Shown: positions 18,413 to 28,468, counted from the first letter of the stretch. The stretch is DNA of 64,000 nucleotides from an uncultured Chlamydiae bacterium (GCA_963730605.1 CAVSSM010000001.1:384001-448000), one strand, 5' to 3'. Notes: generated from the letters alone by a model not told the origin. Translations and numbers: made by a program.

Positions 18413-18956
18413 AAAGCGGTGTTTTGGTTCAAACCAAGCATTCTACGCGGAATACCACGACCAAGAATGGGGCGTTCCTGTCCATGATGACAAGCGTCTA
18501 TTCGAGATGTTGATCCTCGAGGGCGCTCAGGCTGGCTTAAGCTGGGAAACGATCCTCAAAAGACGCGAAGGATACCGGAGAGCCTTTCACCAGTTCGATC
18601 CGTCCTTGGTTGCTAAAATGACCGACAGCGAATTAAACAAACTCCTTACGAATGAGGGCATTATTCGGAATCGGTTAAAAGTCTACGCCGCGCGCCGAAA
18701 TGCGCTAGCCTTTATCCAAATTCAGAAAGAGTTTGGGTCCTTCGATCGGTATGTTTGGAACTTTGTAGGAGAAAAGCCGATCGTGAATCGCCGCAAGTCT
18801 CTCAAGGACATTCCCTGTACAACAGCCGAAAGCGACGCCCTCTCGAAAGACCTCAAGAAACGGGGCATGACTTTTGTCGGCTCCACGATCATTTATGCTT
18901 TCATGCAAGCAGTCGGCCTCGTCGATGACCACCTCGCCGACTGTTGGCGGTCGTAA
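18399..18956 (+). CDS. tag: DNA-3-methyladenine glycosylase I
   Basis: YHDQEWGVPVHDD, LEGAQAGLSW, IIRNRLK, FVGSTIIYAFMQAVG...DDH...C. Confidence 0.95.
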   Translation: MKNDKKRCFGSNQAFYAEYHDQEWGVPVHDDKRLFEMLILEGAQAGLSWETILKRREGYRRAFHQFDPSLVAKMTDSELNKLLTNEGIIRNRLKVYAARRNALAFIQIQKEFGSFDRYVWNFVGEKPIVNRRKSLKDIPCTTAESDALSKDLKKRGMTFVGSTIIYAFMQAVGLVDDHLADCWRS

Positions 18957-19144
18957 AGAACATCGTAAGAACATCCTCGACAAAATAGCTCTATTCGCTT
19001 TAAAATCCGTCCTGTTCACCAGGGGTGCCTTCCATGGCTGAAAGAACGCAGGATGCGTTTAACCCTTACGACCCGATCTAGGTAATACTAGCGTGGGAAG
19101 TGTGGAAATATCTTCCTTTTTGGTGAACACAAAAAGGAGAATCT

Positions 19145-19363
19145 ATGTCAACGGAATCCATTGCACAAAATAATCGATCAAAAACGAGTGGGCTTCTTGC
19201 CCCCTTAGAAGGGCTCTATAAAGCCTATGCTGACTGCTCTAAGTGGTGCGATGAAAAACGTCCCCCAGGAAACCTATCGCCCACCCAAATAGAGCAAATG
19301 CTGCAAGCCTGTCAAAAAGAATGCAGGCAGTATCAAGCTCGCAGCCCTGCCAATACTCTTTAG
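19145..19363 (+). CDS. Small hypothetical protein with paired CX3C motifs
   Basis: Strong RBS AAGGAGA; CSKWC and CQKEC. Confidence 0.55.
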   Translation: MSTESIAQNNRSKTSGLLAPLEGLYKAYADCSKWCDEKRPPGNLSPTQIEQMLQACQKECRQYQARSPANTL

Positions 19364-19579
19364 GGAGTTTTTGAGCCGGTTTTTCGCTCGTTTTTGGCGA
19401 TCCCTTAAGAACGAACCGAAAAATCGGCCAATGCTATTCCAAAAGCGGGCGATGCCTTCAATCTTACGGGACATCCGTCAACTTGCGAAAATAGGCTTGA
19501 GAGCCGTTTTTGAGATACCCTTTGCAATGTAGCCCACAACAACGCCATCGATTTCAGCCACGAATAAGGAGCGATCGGG

Positions 19580-19723
19580 CAATGCTGTCAACTTAAGCAA
19601 AACTCGGGGTTCTACCCGATCCAGCAAGGGAGCAAAGTCTCTTTCCAGCCTCGTAAATTGGGTTTATGAAGGTGCAGCCCTTTGGCGAGTTTTAAGGGCG
19701 GAACCCTTAAGTTGACAGCATTG
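19580..19723. mobile_element. MITE family C, 144 bp
   Basis: 18-bp perfect terminal inverted repeat CAATGCTGTCAACTTAAG. Confidence 0.75.
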
Positions 19724-19843
19724 TTTGAACGCTCAAAAGAGGATCAGTGCCAGGGCACTTTTTTTAAAGGAAGTTTTTGTTAGACTGCATTCCTACCCAG
19801 AAAATGGGAATGCGCTCCTGTTGTAAGAAGGCGCAAAGGATTC

Positions 19844-21124
19844 GTGACTTTGGGTTTCTCAGTAAAAATTCAGCGCAGCGTTATCTTTGCCGTTACTTTT
19901 GGGAATTTATTAGAATGGTATGAGATCTATCTTTACGTTTATTGGTCCCCAATTATTGCAGAGTTATTTTTCAAACCTCGCGCCGGAGGCAGCAACTTAA
20001 TCTTTACTTTGCTGATTTTTGGCCTCGCTCTTTTAGCTCGCCCTATAGGGGGCTTTTTCTTTGGAAGGCTCGGTGATCGCATTGGAAGAAAGAGAGCTTT
20101 TATCCTTTCGTTGCTAATGATGACGATCCCTACAGTAGTAACAGGCCTTCTGCCAACGCGCGCGCAAGTCGGAGTTTTAGCGCCTATACTCTTAACGTGT
20201 ACGCGGTTTTTACAAGCATTTCCCGCTGGGGGAGAATTGCCCGGAGCTTTCTGCTTTCTATACGAAAGCGCGCCACTTCAGCATCGCCGATATTTCTGCA
20301 GCTGGGCCTTTTTTGGAGTGCTATTAGGACTTTTCATCAGCACAATTGAATGCTTTTTACTAGACCTCTTTTTATCCGAACAAGATTTGATCACATGGGG
20401 TTGGCGCCTTTCATTTCTTATTGGAGGGCTCTTGGGCCTTTGCGGCCTGTTCCTCCGCTCCCGATTACATGAGACCCCTCTTTATCAGGAAATGGCAAGA
20501 CATTCTACTATCACGAAGACGCCTTTCTTACAGGTCTTGCGAGACAATAAAAAAGAATTATTTCTGGGAATGTTATTTTGGGTTTTTAATTCTTCATCCA
20601 CATTTTTTATTACCGTCAACGCTTCTGAATACCTTAACATTCTATTAGGGAACAGTAGCCACTTTATTACTATAATTATTTCAAGCAACATACTCATTCT
20701 ACTTGTAGCACCCTTACCTCTTTTTGGTTTTTTAGCAGATAAAATCAACAACAAGAAGATGTTAATATGGTCTGTGGTAGGTGGCATTTTATTACTCGGA
20801 CCTCTGAGCTATTTTGTTGTTCATCCTTCTTTATTTGGGCTGGGTTTAGCGATGGTCATTTTCATTCTCTTTGCCAGTTGTAACACAGCTTTGCTTCCTT
20901 ACAGCACGGCTGCATTATTTCCTACTCGCGCACGATATACTTGCATAGGGATCTGCTTTAATACTATAGATTCTGTTGTCGGAGGCTTTACCCCATTTCT
21001 TATACTCTACTTAACACAAGTTACAAAATATGAGGGGATGTTTAGCCTAGTTATTTTATTATTCGGGATTATTTCACTATTTTCTTATGTCTGCATGAAA
21101 GAGAAGCATTCTATCAATAAGTAA
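19844..21124 (+). CDS. MFS transporter, MHS/ProP-like
   Basis: GNLLEWYE, ARPIGGFFFGRLGDRIGRK, GGELPG, WGWR, LHETP. Confidence 0.92.
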   Translation: MTLGFSVKIQRSVIFAVTFGNLLEWYEIYLYVYWSPIIAELFFKPRAGGSNLIFTLLIFGLALLARPIGGFFFGRLGDRIGRKRAFILSLLMMTIPTVVTGLLPTRAQVGVLAPILLTCTRFLQAFPAGGELPGAFCFLYESAPLQHRRYFCSWAFFGVLLGLFISTIECFLLDLFLSEQDLITWGWRLSFLIGGLLGLCGLFLRSRLHETPLYQEMARHSTITKTPFLQVLRDNKKELFLGMLFWVFNSSSTFFITVNASEYLNILLGNSSHFITIIISSNILILLVAPLPLFGFLADKINNKKMLIWSVVGGILLLGPLSYFVVHPSLFGLGLAMVIFILFASCNTALLPYSTAALFPTRARYTCIGICFNTIDSVVGGFTPFLILYLTQVTKYEGMFSLVILLFGIISLFSYVCMKEKHSINK

Positions 21125-21130
21125 ACCTAT

Positions 21131-22126
21131 TTACAAATCGTTGGAGACATGTGTCCTATGAATAGCTCGAATGGGATGAAAAAACCGCTTCCAGTTATTT
21201 TGCCCTTCATTCTCAGATCCCTGTAATGCCAAATAGAGAGGCCATTGGTGTTCTTCTAAAGAAGCACAATAGCATGCAACAGACTTCCATAGCAAAAATC
21301 GCATTAAATTCGATTTATTTTCACTGATAACAGCATTAAAAAAGAGATTTTCTTCAAATCGCGTCAGACAGGTTATACCAACCAGTGCATTACCTTCTAA
21401 AACAGCAAACACTTCCTTATTTTTTATATCATCATCAAAAACAAACTGATGAGCCAGCATCACTTCTTTCTTAAAATCAACGCCTTTATTTTCTAAATAT
21501 TCAGATGTTCTTTCCAATAACTTCAACCCATCATTTTTAAATGAGCAGTTGTATGTGGTAAATATATAGTTATCTTTTCTTGAAAATTTATTAATAGCAG
21601 ACCTTGTATGAGGACTGACTTGAAGATTTATAAATTTTTTAATGTCATAAACAAATTCCGGGAACGTATTGTCATCACGAAATGAATATTTGCTCCATGG
21701 TTCTATGGTTTCCCTGAAGCCTAGCTTATTCCATAACAAAACCTTATCTTGATCAATGTTTTTGATGATGCTTGTTACGGCTAAATTTTTAGCTGCTTCT
21801 GCTATCTCACAGACTAAAGTTTCAGATTTATATCCGAGATGATTTACAACAATTAGCGCACAATCCCGACAATCCAGCACATTGGTTCTTAAATATAAAT
21901 AAACAATCCCATGACTATTCTGATAATAAAACCCTCGTTTTCGAGTAGCTTGAACAATGTAAGGCCAATTATAAGAAAACGCAGACCGATCTATATCGCT
22001 AATCTGTACAAATTTATAAAACAATTCTTCGCTATTCTCATCGACATCTATTGCACGTAATGTTCCTGGCAACAAAGAACAAAGAGGAGAGATAATATTC
22101 GGGGTTGTTAATTCTTTAAGATTCAT
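21131..22126 (-). CDS. DUF2156/tandem-GNAT (aminoacyl-tRNA-dependent transferase-like) protein
   Basis: EFVYDIKKFINL...RSAINKF...QGSENEGQNNWKRFFHP resembles the DUF2156 / PG-lysyltransferase C-terminal fold; no TM segments. Confidence 0.5.
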   Translation of the reverse strand: MNLKELTTPNIISPLCSLLPGTLRAIDVDENSEELFYKFVQISDIDRSAFSYNWPYIVQATRKRGFYYQNSHGIVYLYLRTNVLDCRDCALIVVNHLGYKSETLVCEIAEAAKNLAVTSIIKNIDQDKVLLWNKLGFRETIEPWSKYSFRDDNTFPEFVYDIKKFINLQVSPHTRSAINKFSRKDNYIFTTYNCSFKNDGLKLLERTSEYLENKGVDFKKEVMLAHQFVFDDDIKNKEVFAVLEGNALVGITCLTRFEENLFFNAVISENKSNLMRFLLWKSVACYCASLEEHQWPLYLALQGSENEGQNNWKRFFHPIRAIHRTHVSNDL

Positions 22127-22899
22127 TCAGAAGGACCTCTAAAGGGCTTTTTATCCATTTTTTTTGCTATGAAGATCGCAAAAGGAGAGCAAAAAGATTC
22201 ATCCTTCCACGCATAGGGATCTCCCAGAGCACCGCAAGGATAATGGATTTGTAAGATATCCATCCCCGCTTCTCTAATGCACTCAAGGTAATCTTCTTCT
22301 CTCCAAAAATAGTCATAGAATTCCATTTTGGGGGATTTCAGGGCTAACTTAACCATTTTCCCACTGAAAAGGTTGCTGTTTTCCATAAAATTCACATTGA
22401 AAGTTGACCATTTTCTAAATAAAGAATGCAACTGCTCACTCCCCGTAATAGCTATAAATATTCCCTCCTCTCGCAAAAAAGAGGATGCTTTGCTTAGATA
22501 GGCGATAATATCTTTTTTAGAAGATAGTTCTAGAAGCACAAAACTGGAAAAAACCAGATCAAAGCGCGAGACAATCTGTAATTCATTAACATGGCAGAAG
22601 CGGATATGGGGAAAATTTCCACGCGCCTTTTCTAACATATTAAAACTGATATCTGTTCCTGTAACATCAAAGCCCAATTTGTACAAAAAAGAAGCGGAAG
22701 ATCCTGTTCCCGCCCCATAATCTAAAGCCCTCCTCCCTGTTACAAACTGCTGAATAAAGGCTGGAATATCCCTATAAGCCAAGTATCGATGGGGTGCCTG
22801 GTGAGTCTGCAAATAATAGTGAGCTTGTACGTCGGTTTTATCTTCAGCAGACTTATAGACAACCGCCCCGCTTCTCTCAATCGTTCCTGTTGTTCTCAA
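22123..22899 (-). CDS. Class I SAM-dependent methyltransferase
   Basis: ALDYGAGTG, GTDISFNML, FDLVFSSFVL. Confidence 0.9.
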   Translation of the reverse strand: MRTTGTIERSGAVVYKSAEDKTDVQAHYYLQTHQAPHRYLAYRDIPAFIQQFVTGRRALDYGAGTGSSASFLYKLGFDVTGTDISFNMLEKARGNFPHIRFCHVNELQIVSRFDLVFSSFVLLELSSKKDIIAYLSKASSFLREEGIFIAITGSEQLHSLFRKWSTFNVNFMENSNLFSGKMVKLALKSPKMEFYDYFWREEDYLECIREAGMDILQIHYPCGALGDPYAWKDESFCSPFAIFIAKKMDKKPFRGPSE

Positions 22900-23083
22900 G
22901 AAAGGCCTTACTTAATATGTATTTTCGTGAGCGCGGGATTCAGTTTCTAGTAAAATTCTCATCACTACCCAGCACATTGTTTAAATATTTTTTACAGGAA
23001 TCATCATGCTTCTTTGCGAGATTTTAATCAATATTCAAAGTGGTTTGATATATTCAAAGGAATTATTTAGTACAATTCTCACC

Positions 23084-23305
23084 TTTCCATTGTATGCTTG
23101 GCGCTTCCACGGTTTCATCTTGCTAGGTTTTTTCCCTTGATATAATAGGGGGAAGAAATCCCTGGTTTCATGGTTCGGAAAGTTTTTTCCCGGCGCTGAC
23201 CATTCTCGGTGCTGTTATTGCTTTGCTGGTTGTATTCTGGAACCAGAAAAAAGTCCCGGTCGCTCCGATCCCGTTTTTTCCTCCGCCCGTTTCGCCGTAT
23301 GAACA
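23084..23305 (+). repeat. Degenerate duplicate of the promoter and 5' end of the HlyD-family gene (27419..27637)
   Basis: About 220 bp near-identical direct repeat; indels break the frame. Confidence 0.9.
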
Positions 23306-23392
23306 CAAGATCGAGCAATGCGCTGGGACGCAAAAGGCGCTCAATAAAATTCACTCAAAATGAGTGGGCGCGGTATGTAACATTCTCCAAAT

Positions 23393-24769
23393 CTAACCGC
23401 GCACCGTATAGTTCTTATTTTCCATCCCCCGATGAAGAAGGGGGGGATGTGCATAGTTACCCTTTTTGGGAAAAGCAGAAGAATCTGCAACACTTCCACG
23501 GAAAAGAATCAAATCTTCCCCTTCCATAATCACTTGATGGAAGCTGTGATCGGCATGAAAAGGTAAAGGAGCTGGTTCAAAAGGATTGTGTTTGCTGGAT
23601 ATGGCACCCATGAGCGCAGTTGTTCGAGAGGCGGCAGAAGACCCGTTCTCATCTTCTTTCAAGATGGTTTTATGGAAAATTTCTTTTAAGTATACACCTG
23701 GCACAATTTTTGAAAAGTCAACATCCGCCAGCAACTGCATTTCATGAAAAGCTTTTTTGAGCTTGTAGATTTTTTCAATGTGAAGTTTAGGAATCATGAG
23801 CTCGACCCGCTGAGACTGAAGTTTTTTCAAACAATCTTGAATGAATTCCATACTCAAACGGCTTTCAAGATCGCTTAATCTTTTGGCGTTATTGGGTAAA
23901 AAGATCAATTTGTAAAAATTTCTTCCATTTTTTGACTGATAAGGAATTCGGACTAATTTAAAATCGTCTTTCTCTTCGTAATAGTCAAAATGATTGATTT
24001 GGCGCATCATCCAAATAGTTTCTGATTTTCCGCTCCCAAAATCAAAAGGCTTTTGGATCGTATGCTCAGGTTTAAAAGGCGCCGCCCATGATGCTTTAAA
24101 TTCGTTTTTTGACTGTAAAATGAAAGAGAGGTTATTGGCAAGAGGATCAAACTGATTATCTGACATTTTTGAAATTAATTCGTGGATTTCTTGATCTGCA
24201 TTATCTGTTTGGTTTAATTTATAATCTTTTTGAATGAGATCCCAAAAAGATTGATTTATGGCACGAGCATCCGGTATAATGATGTCATTCGTTCCATCTA
24301 ATTGACGTGAGATTTTTCCTAAACAAGAAATAAAATCTTGTTCGTTTATTTCATTTGGTTTTAATTTCTGGGCTATAAGCTTTTTTGTGTTATCCGAAGC
24401 TCCTGCAAATAACATGCCTGTAACGGCCATCACAGTAAGCGGTGAAATCCAGGAACTATGATCTGATGAAGCCAATTTGGTTAAAAGATTTTTCGAAAAA
24501 TCGCCTATTAAAGGAAGGCATGCTTTACAGGCGGTAATATCTGGGATAATATCTGGAGGCGGCGGCATATGTTTTTTTGGTACATTGGAAGTAGAGCTTA
24601 TGACGGCATATGAGATGATTGCCCCACCCACAAGGCTCATGATCCCAAGAGCCACTTTCATCCAAGTCGGCTTGGTTGCAATTGGCTTGAATCGATTCGT
24701 CTGAGATGCATTGACCTTGTTTTGAAGAGAAAATGCTGTAGTTTTTTTTGAGGGATGAATCGCGGTCAT
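23393..24769 (-). CDS. Serpin family protein with N-terminal extension and TM helix
   Basis: WISPLTV, FKASWAAPFK..T..KPF, MMRQ, RIPY, FLP, LMIPK, hinge EDENGSSAASRT, FHADHSF, ILFRGSV. Confidence 0.88.
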   Translation of the reverse strand: MTAIHPSKKTTAFSLQNKVNASQTNRFKPIATKPTWMKVALGIMSLVGGAIISYAVISSTSNVPKKHMPPPPDIIPDITACKACLPLIGDFSKNLLTKLASSDHSSWISPLTVMAVTGMLFAGASDNTKKLIAQKLKPNEINEQDFISCLGKISRQLDGTNDIIIPDARAINQSFWDLIQKDYKLNQTDNADQEIHELISKMSDNQFDPLANNLSFILQSKNEFKASWAAPFKPEHTIQKPFDFGSGKSETIWMMRQINHFDYYEEKDDFKLVRIPYQSKNGRNFYKLIFLPNNAKRLSDLESRLSMEFIQDCLKKLQSQRVELMIPKLHIEKIYKLKKAFHEMQLLADVDFSKIVPGVYLKEIFHKTILKEDENGSSAASRTTALMGAISSKHNPFEPAPLPFHADHSFHQVIMEGEDLILFRGSVADSSAFPKKGNYAHPPLLHRGMENKNYTVRG

Positions 24770-24784
24770 AAGTCTGCCTTTATT

Positions 24785-27127
24785 TTAATATGGATAAAAT
24801 TCTCGAAAATCATGCTTAGATTGGGATGCGGTTGAGGTTAATGCAAATGGTTCAAAGGATCGAATTTTTTGTTGATTAAATGGGATATAAATATCTGAAG
24901 TAATTATAGTCATTTGTATTTCGTTCGCAATTTTCTGGATTGTATTGAAATCAAACTTTTGATTTGCAGAAAGAAGAAAAATAGCGCTTGATGGATCCAA
25001 TGCAGAAACGCAGGAATGCTCTATCTTGTTTAAAACAAGCTCTTCTTTCTTAGACGGATCCCCTGGGTCTGTTTCTCTCCATAAAACCAAGCGATTTTCT
25101 GTCGTTGGATCGTAATATCCTTGAAGAATGACCGCTCTTAATTTTCCAAGTTTGGAAGCCTTGGTGATTTCATCGCAGATGTCATTGGCTTTTTTAACAA
25201 CTTTATATTTCCAATCGAATTTATCAGCGATTCGACCAAAAAACTCTGGATTTAAACGAGGATCCATCTGTTTGTTAGGATCATAAGCGGCGGAGAGAAA
25301 AAGCAATTTATCTTTGGGATCTTCCTTGCAAAGCCGGACATGCTCTTGGGATTTTGCCCAATCAGGAGAGAACGGCACATGCGATCGAGATTTGTAATAC
25401 TCATTGATTGCTTCAATTGCGACGAGTTCCCGGTCGTGTAATTTATTCCACTCCATGTTGGAGCAAGTAGGATAGTGAGATTGAAAGATTCTAAAAATAT
25501 TGGAATCTGGAATATCTCGAGACGGATGGGATTCCGATGAGTGATATAGCATCAGGGGATCTTCCGATAGCAAATGCACATAATCAGGATAAACAAAAGA
25601 TCTGGCTGCGAGAACAGTTCTTTTTGTTTTTTCGGCAAGGCGGTGGGCAAAATTATTATAAGCGTCGTCCCCTTCAAGAGCCCCCACATTACAGCTAATT
25701 AAAGCGACTCTTCCAGATGGCTGCAAACCTTCAAAGCAAGAGGAAAGGTCAGAATTGAAATCGCTCAACCAATCGTTCCATGATTGACATTCGTTTGCCA
25801 AACAGGTTCCTCTAGGGATGCCGTGACCTTCTATCACCACATTGGCTAATCTTCCAACTTTAGCAGCATCCTTTATCTCTTTGCATACTTCATCGTATGA
25901 AGAAATAATTTTATACTTTATGTCGCATTTTTGATTTATTCCTTTTAGTAAAGGGATGATTCGCGGAGGAATTAAAACGTTTTTATCGTTCCCATACTCA
26001 TCTTTATCAGTACTGGGAGGTGCAACAAGAAAAAGTAGTTTATCTCTTTCGTCGTCTCGTTGCAATCGCAGCGCTTCCTGCGTTTCTTTAAAAGATTGTT
26101 TGCCAACGGACAGGATTTGCATCGCCGTGAGCTCTCTTGGATGCAGCTTTTGTTCATCGAGGTCAGGGCATGGTGGGCAGACGCAATTTGGATTTGAAGA
26201 AGTAGATTTTGTTGTTGCATCGCAATCCGGGTAGAAAGTTTTAAAGATACCTTGTTGAGGATTGTTTGGTGACGACCCAGATATTGCAAAAGGATTTATT
26301 GTTTCGATGAGATCGATCAGTGCCTGATCATCATTACTGTCAAAAGCAACCACGGTCTTCTGTCCAAGGACAGCAATGGTCTGAGCGATATTGTCATATG
26401 GATCCCCGTTCTTTGGAGATCCACAATCAAATCCCAATAATATAATTTTTCCCGAATCTTGCAGACCTTTAAAGCAGCTCTTGAGGTCAGGTATATCCGG
26501 ATATAGTACCGTCGAAAGGCTGTCTTCATCGAATGCAGCGACATAAATATTCACTAATTTTCCGGTTTTTGCGCCTTCCTCTATTATCTTGCACATCTCA
26601 TCGACAGATGAAAATAGAGCATACTGTAGATCCAATTTGTTATTAAGTTGTAGGAGTATATTGCTCAGATCCATAGGATCAATTCCCATCGAAAGAGGTG
26701 AAAGAACGATGGCTTTTTCTCGGGTATCATCGCTTCGTAATCGGAAATATTCTTGAGCTTCAGAGATTTGGAGTGGAGAATTGGCTGTATCGAGCGTTTT
26801 GATTACTCTTTTTTCCTCGGATCTTAAGAAGATCTCATCCAAATCAAAACAGTTGAACGACCTACAATTTAGATAGTTGGACGATGGGCATGTTGGATAG
26901 CTTCGATAGCCTAGATCGCTATCATCCATCATACATTTTGAATAAAAATCTGGATAGGGAATTGCTGCTACTTTGGGAGAGGTTAAAAGTGTCGAAACGA
27001 AGATTTTCATGACTGAGATGGCAAGATTCTGGATTGGCGAACGTGCAGTAAATGAAACGGAAAAGTGAGATCCGAAGGATGTAGAGACAGCCAGAGCTGC
27101 AGCAGTGTTTAAAATTGAGGTTGTCAT
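24785..27127 (-). CDS. Three-repeat protein with caspase-fold (clan CD, DUF4347/C80-like) domains; only the middle repeat keeps the His-Cys dyad
   Basis: Three ~230-aa repeats; repeat 2 has VVIEGHG (H435) and VALISCNVG (C479). Confidence 0.6.
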   Translation of the reverse strand: MTTSILNTAAALAVSTSFGSHFSVSFTARSPIQNLAISVMKIFVSTLLTSPKVAAIPYPDFYSKCMMDDSDLGYRSYPTCPSSNYLNCRSFNCFDLDEIFLRSEEKRVIKTLDTANSPLQISEAQEYFRLRSDDTREKAIVLSPLSMGIDPMDLSNILLQLNNKLDLQYALFSSVDEMCKIIEEGAKTGKLVNIYVAAFDEDSLSTVLYPDIPDLKSCFKGLQDSGKIILLGFDCGSPKNGDPYDNIAQTIAVLGQKTVVAFDSNDDQALIDLIETINPFAISGSSPNNPQQGIFKTFYPDCDATTKSTSSNPNCVCPPCPDLDEQKLHPRELTAMQILSVGKQSFKETQEALRLQRDDERDKLLFLVAPPSTDKDEYGNDKNVLIPPRIIPLLKGINQKCDIKYKIISSYDEVCKEIKDAAKVGRLANVVIEGHGIPRGTCLANECQSWNDWLSDFNSDLSSCFEGLQPSGRVALISCNVGALEGDDAYNNFAHRLAEKTKRTVLAARSFVYPDYVHLLSEDPLMLYHSSESHPSRDIPDSNIFRIFQSHYPTCSNMEWNKLHDRELVAIEAINEYYKSRSHVPFSPDWAKSQEHVRLCKEDPKDKLLFLSAAYDPNKQMDPRLNPEFFGRIADKFDWKYKVVKKANDICDEITKASKLGKLRAVILQGYYDPTTENRLVLWRETDPGDPSKKEELVLNKIEHSCVSALDPSSAIFLLSANQKFDFNTIQKIANEIQMTIITSDIYIPFNQQKIRSFEPFALTSTASQSKHDFREFYPY

Positions 27128-27255
27128 TGATTTCCTAGCAATAAATATGATTCCTAATCAGCAAACACATTACATATCATTTGTATAAAATAAACAATTA
27201 AAATAATTTTTTGTAAAATAAATTGAACGTATATCATTAATCTTTTTAAAATCCT

Positions 27256-27424
27256 AAGGATGCACTCCCACCTCACCCGCCAGTTGGGTCGCCGTTTTTT
27301 CTCTCTGCAGGATCTCCATTACTGCCAAGCTTGAACTCAGGAGAATGTTTCCTTCGTATCCGGGTCATTTTCTACCTCCATTTTCACGAAGGTTATTTGT
27401 TCAGGGGGGATAGCAAAATTTCCA
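27256..27424 (-). mobile_element. IS3-family left end and orfA remnant
   Basis: TG start at 27424; MTRIRRKHSPEFK..VMEILQREKTATQLAGEVGVHP from ATG 27368 (frameshifted). Confidence 0.7.
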
Positions 27425-27503
27425 TTGTATGCTTGGCGCTTCCACGATTTCATCTTGCTCGGGTTTTTCCCTTGATATATAGGGGGAAGAAACCCCTGGT
27501 TTC

Positions 27504-28466
27504 ATGGTTCGGAAAGTTTTTTTCCCGGCACTGGCCATTTTCGGTGCTGTTATTGCTTTGCTGGTTGTATTCTGGAGCCAGAGAAAAGTCCCGGTCGCTC
27601 CGATCCCGTTTCCTCCGCCCATTTCGCCGTATGAACATTCGATCGCAGGAGAGGGGATTGTCGAAGCCGCTTCTCGCAACATCTCGATCGGATCCCCTTT
27701 CAGCCAAATCATCACCAGGGTCTTTGTCTTGGAAGGCGATGTCGTCAATGCGGGCGATCCGATCTTTTTGCTAGATACCCGCGTGTTCGATGCGCAAGCA
27801 GAGGCCGCCCGCAGCCAAATTGAGGCGGCAAGAGTCAATGTCGAAAATACCAAGGATCAGTTTTCGTTTTACGAGCGGTTAAGGGATAGACGGGCGGTTA
27901 GCGAGCAGCAATACGACCAGACCTACTATGCGATGCGAGAGGCCGAAGAGCAATTGAATGTCGCCGTCGCTAATTTGGCCGTTATCGAGGCCAGTATCGA
28001 TCAATCGCTCATCCGCGCGCCGATTGGCGGAAAAATTTTGCAGGTCAATGTGCATGTGGGGGAAGTAGCCCCGAATACTCCCCCCCAATCATCGCAGCTC
28101 TTGATTCCCTATGGTTCGGCAAACTATCCTCTGATTCTCATGGGAACGGTCGATCCGCCGAATTTGAGGATCGATATCGACGAAGAAGATGCCTGGCGCT
28201 ATCGAAATGGCGCCCCTGCAACGGCATTTGTTCGGGGCAATAGCCACATCAACTACCCACTCGAGTTTGTGCGTCTCGAACCCTACATCGTCCCCAAAGG
28301 CTCCTTCACCGGCGCGACGACGGAACGGATCGACACGCGCGTTTTGCAGGCGCTTTACCGCTTTCCGAAAGGGGATTTATTTGGCGTTTATCCGGGGCAA
28401 GTCCTGGATGTCTATCTTGAATCAACCATTCCCCAAACCAGCCTAAGAGTAAAGGGGTCCAAGTGA
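27504..28466 (+). CDS. HlyD/MacA-family periplasmic adaptor
   Basis: N-terminal TM; lipoyl half-motifs VLEGDVVNAGDPIFLLD and IRAPIGGKILQVNVHVGE. Confidence 0.9.
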   Translation: MVRKVFFPALAIFGAVIALLVVFWSQRKVPVAPIPFPPPISPYEHSIAGEGIVEAASRNISIGSPFSQIITRVFVLEGDVVNAGDPIFLLDTRVFDAQAEAARSQIEAARVNVENTKDQFSFYERLRDRRAVSEQQYDQTYYAMREAEEQLNVAVANLAVIEASIDQSLIRAPIGGKILQVNVHVGEVAPNTPPQSSQLLIPYGSANYPLILMGTVDPPNLRIDIDEEDAWRYRNGAPATAFVRGNSHINYPLEFVRLEPYIVPKGSFTGATTERIDTRVLQALYRFPKGDLFGVYPGQVLDVYLESTIPQTSLRVKGSK

Positions 28467-28468
28467 TA

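Noticed and set aside
23115..23529. ORFs over the duplicated HlyD leader
   Set aside because: Alternative-frame products of a decayed duplication
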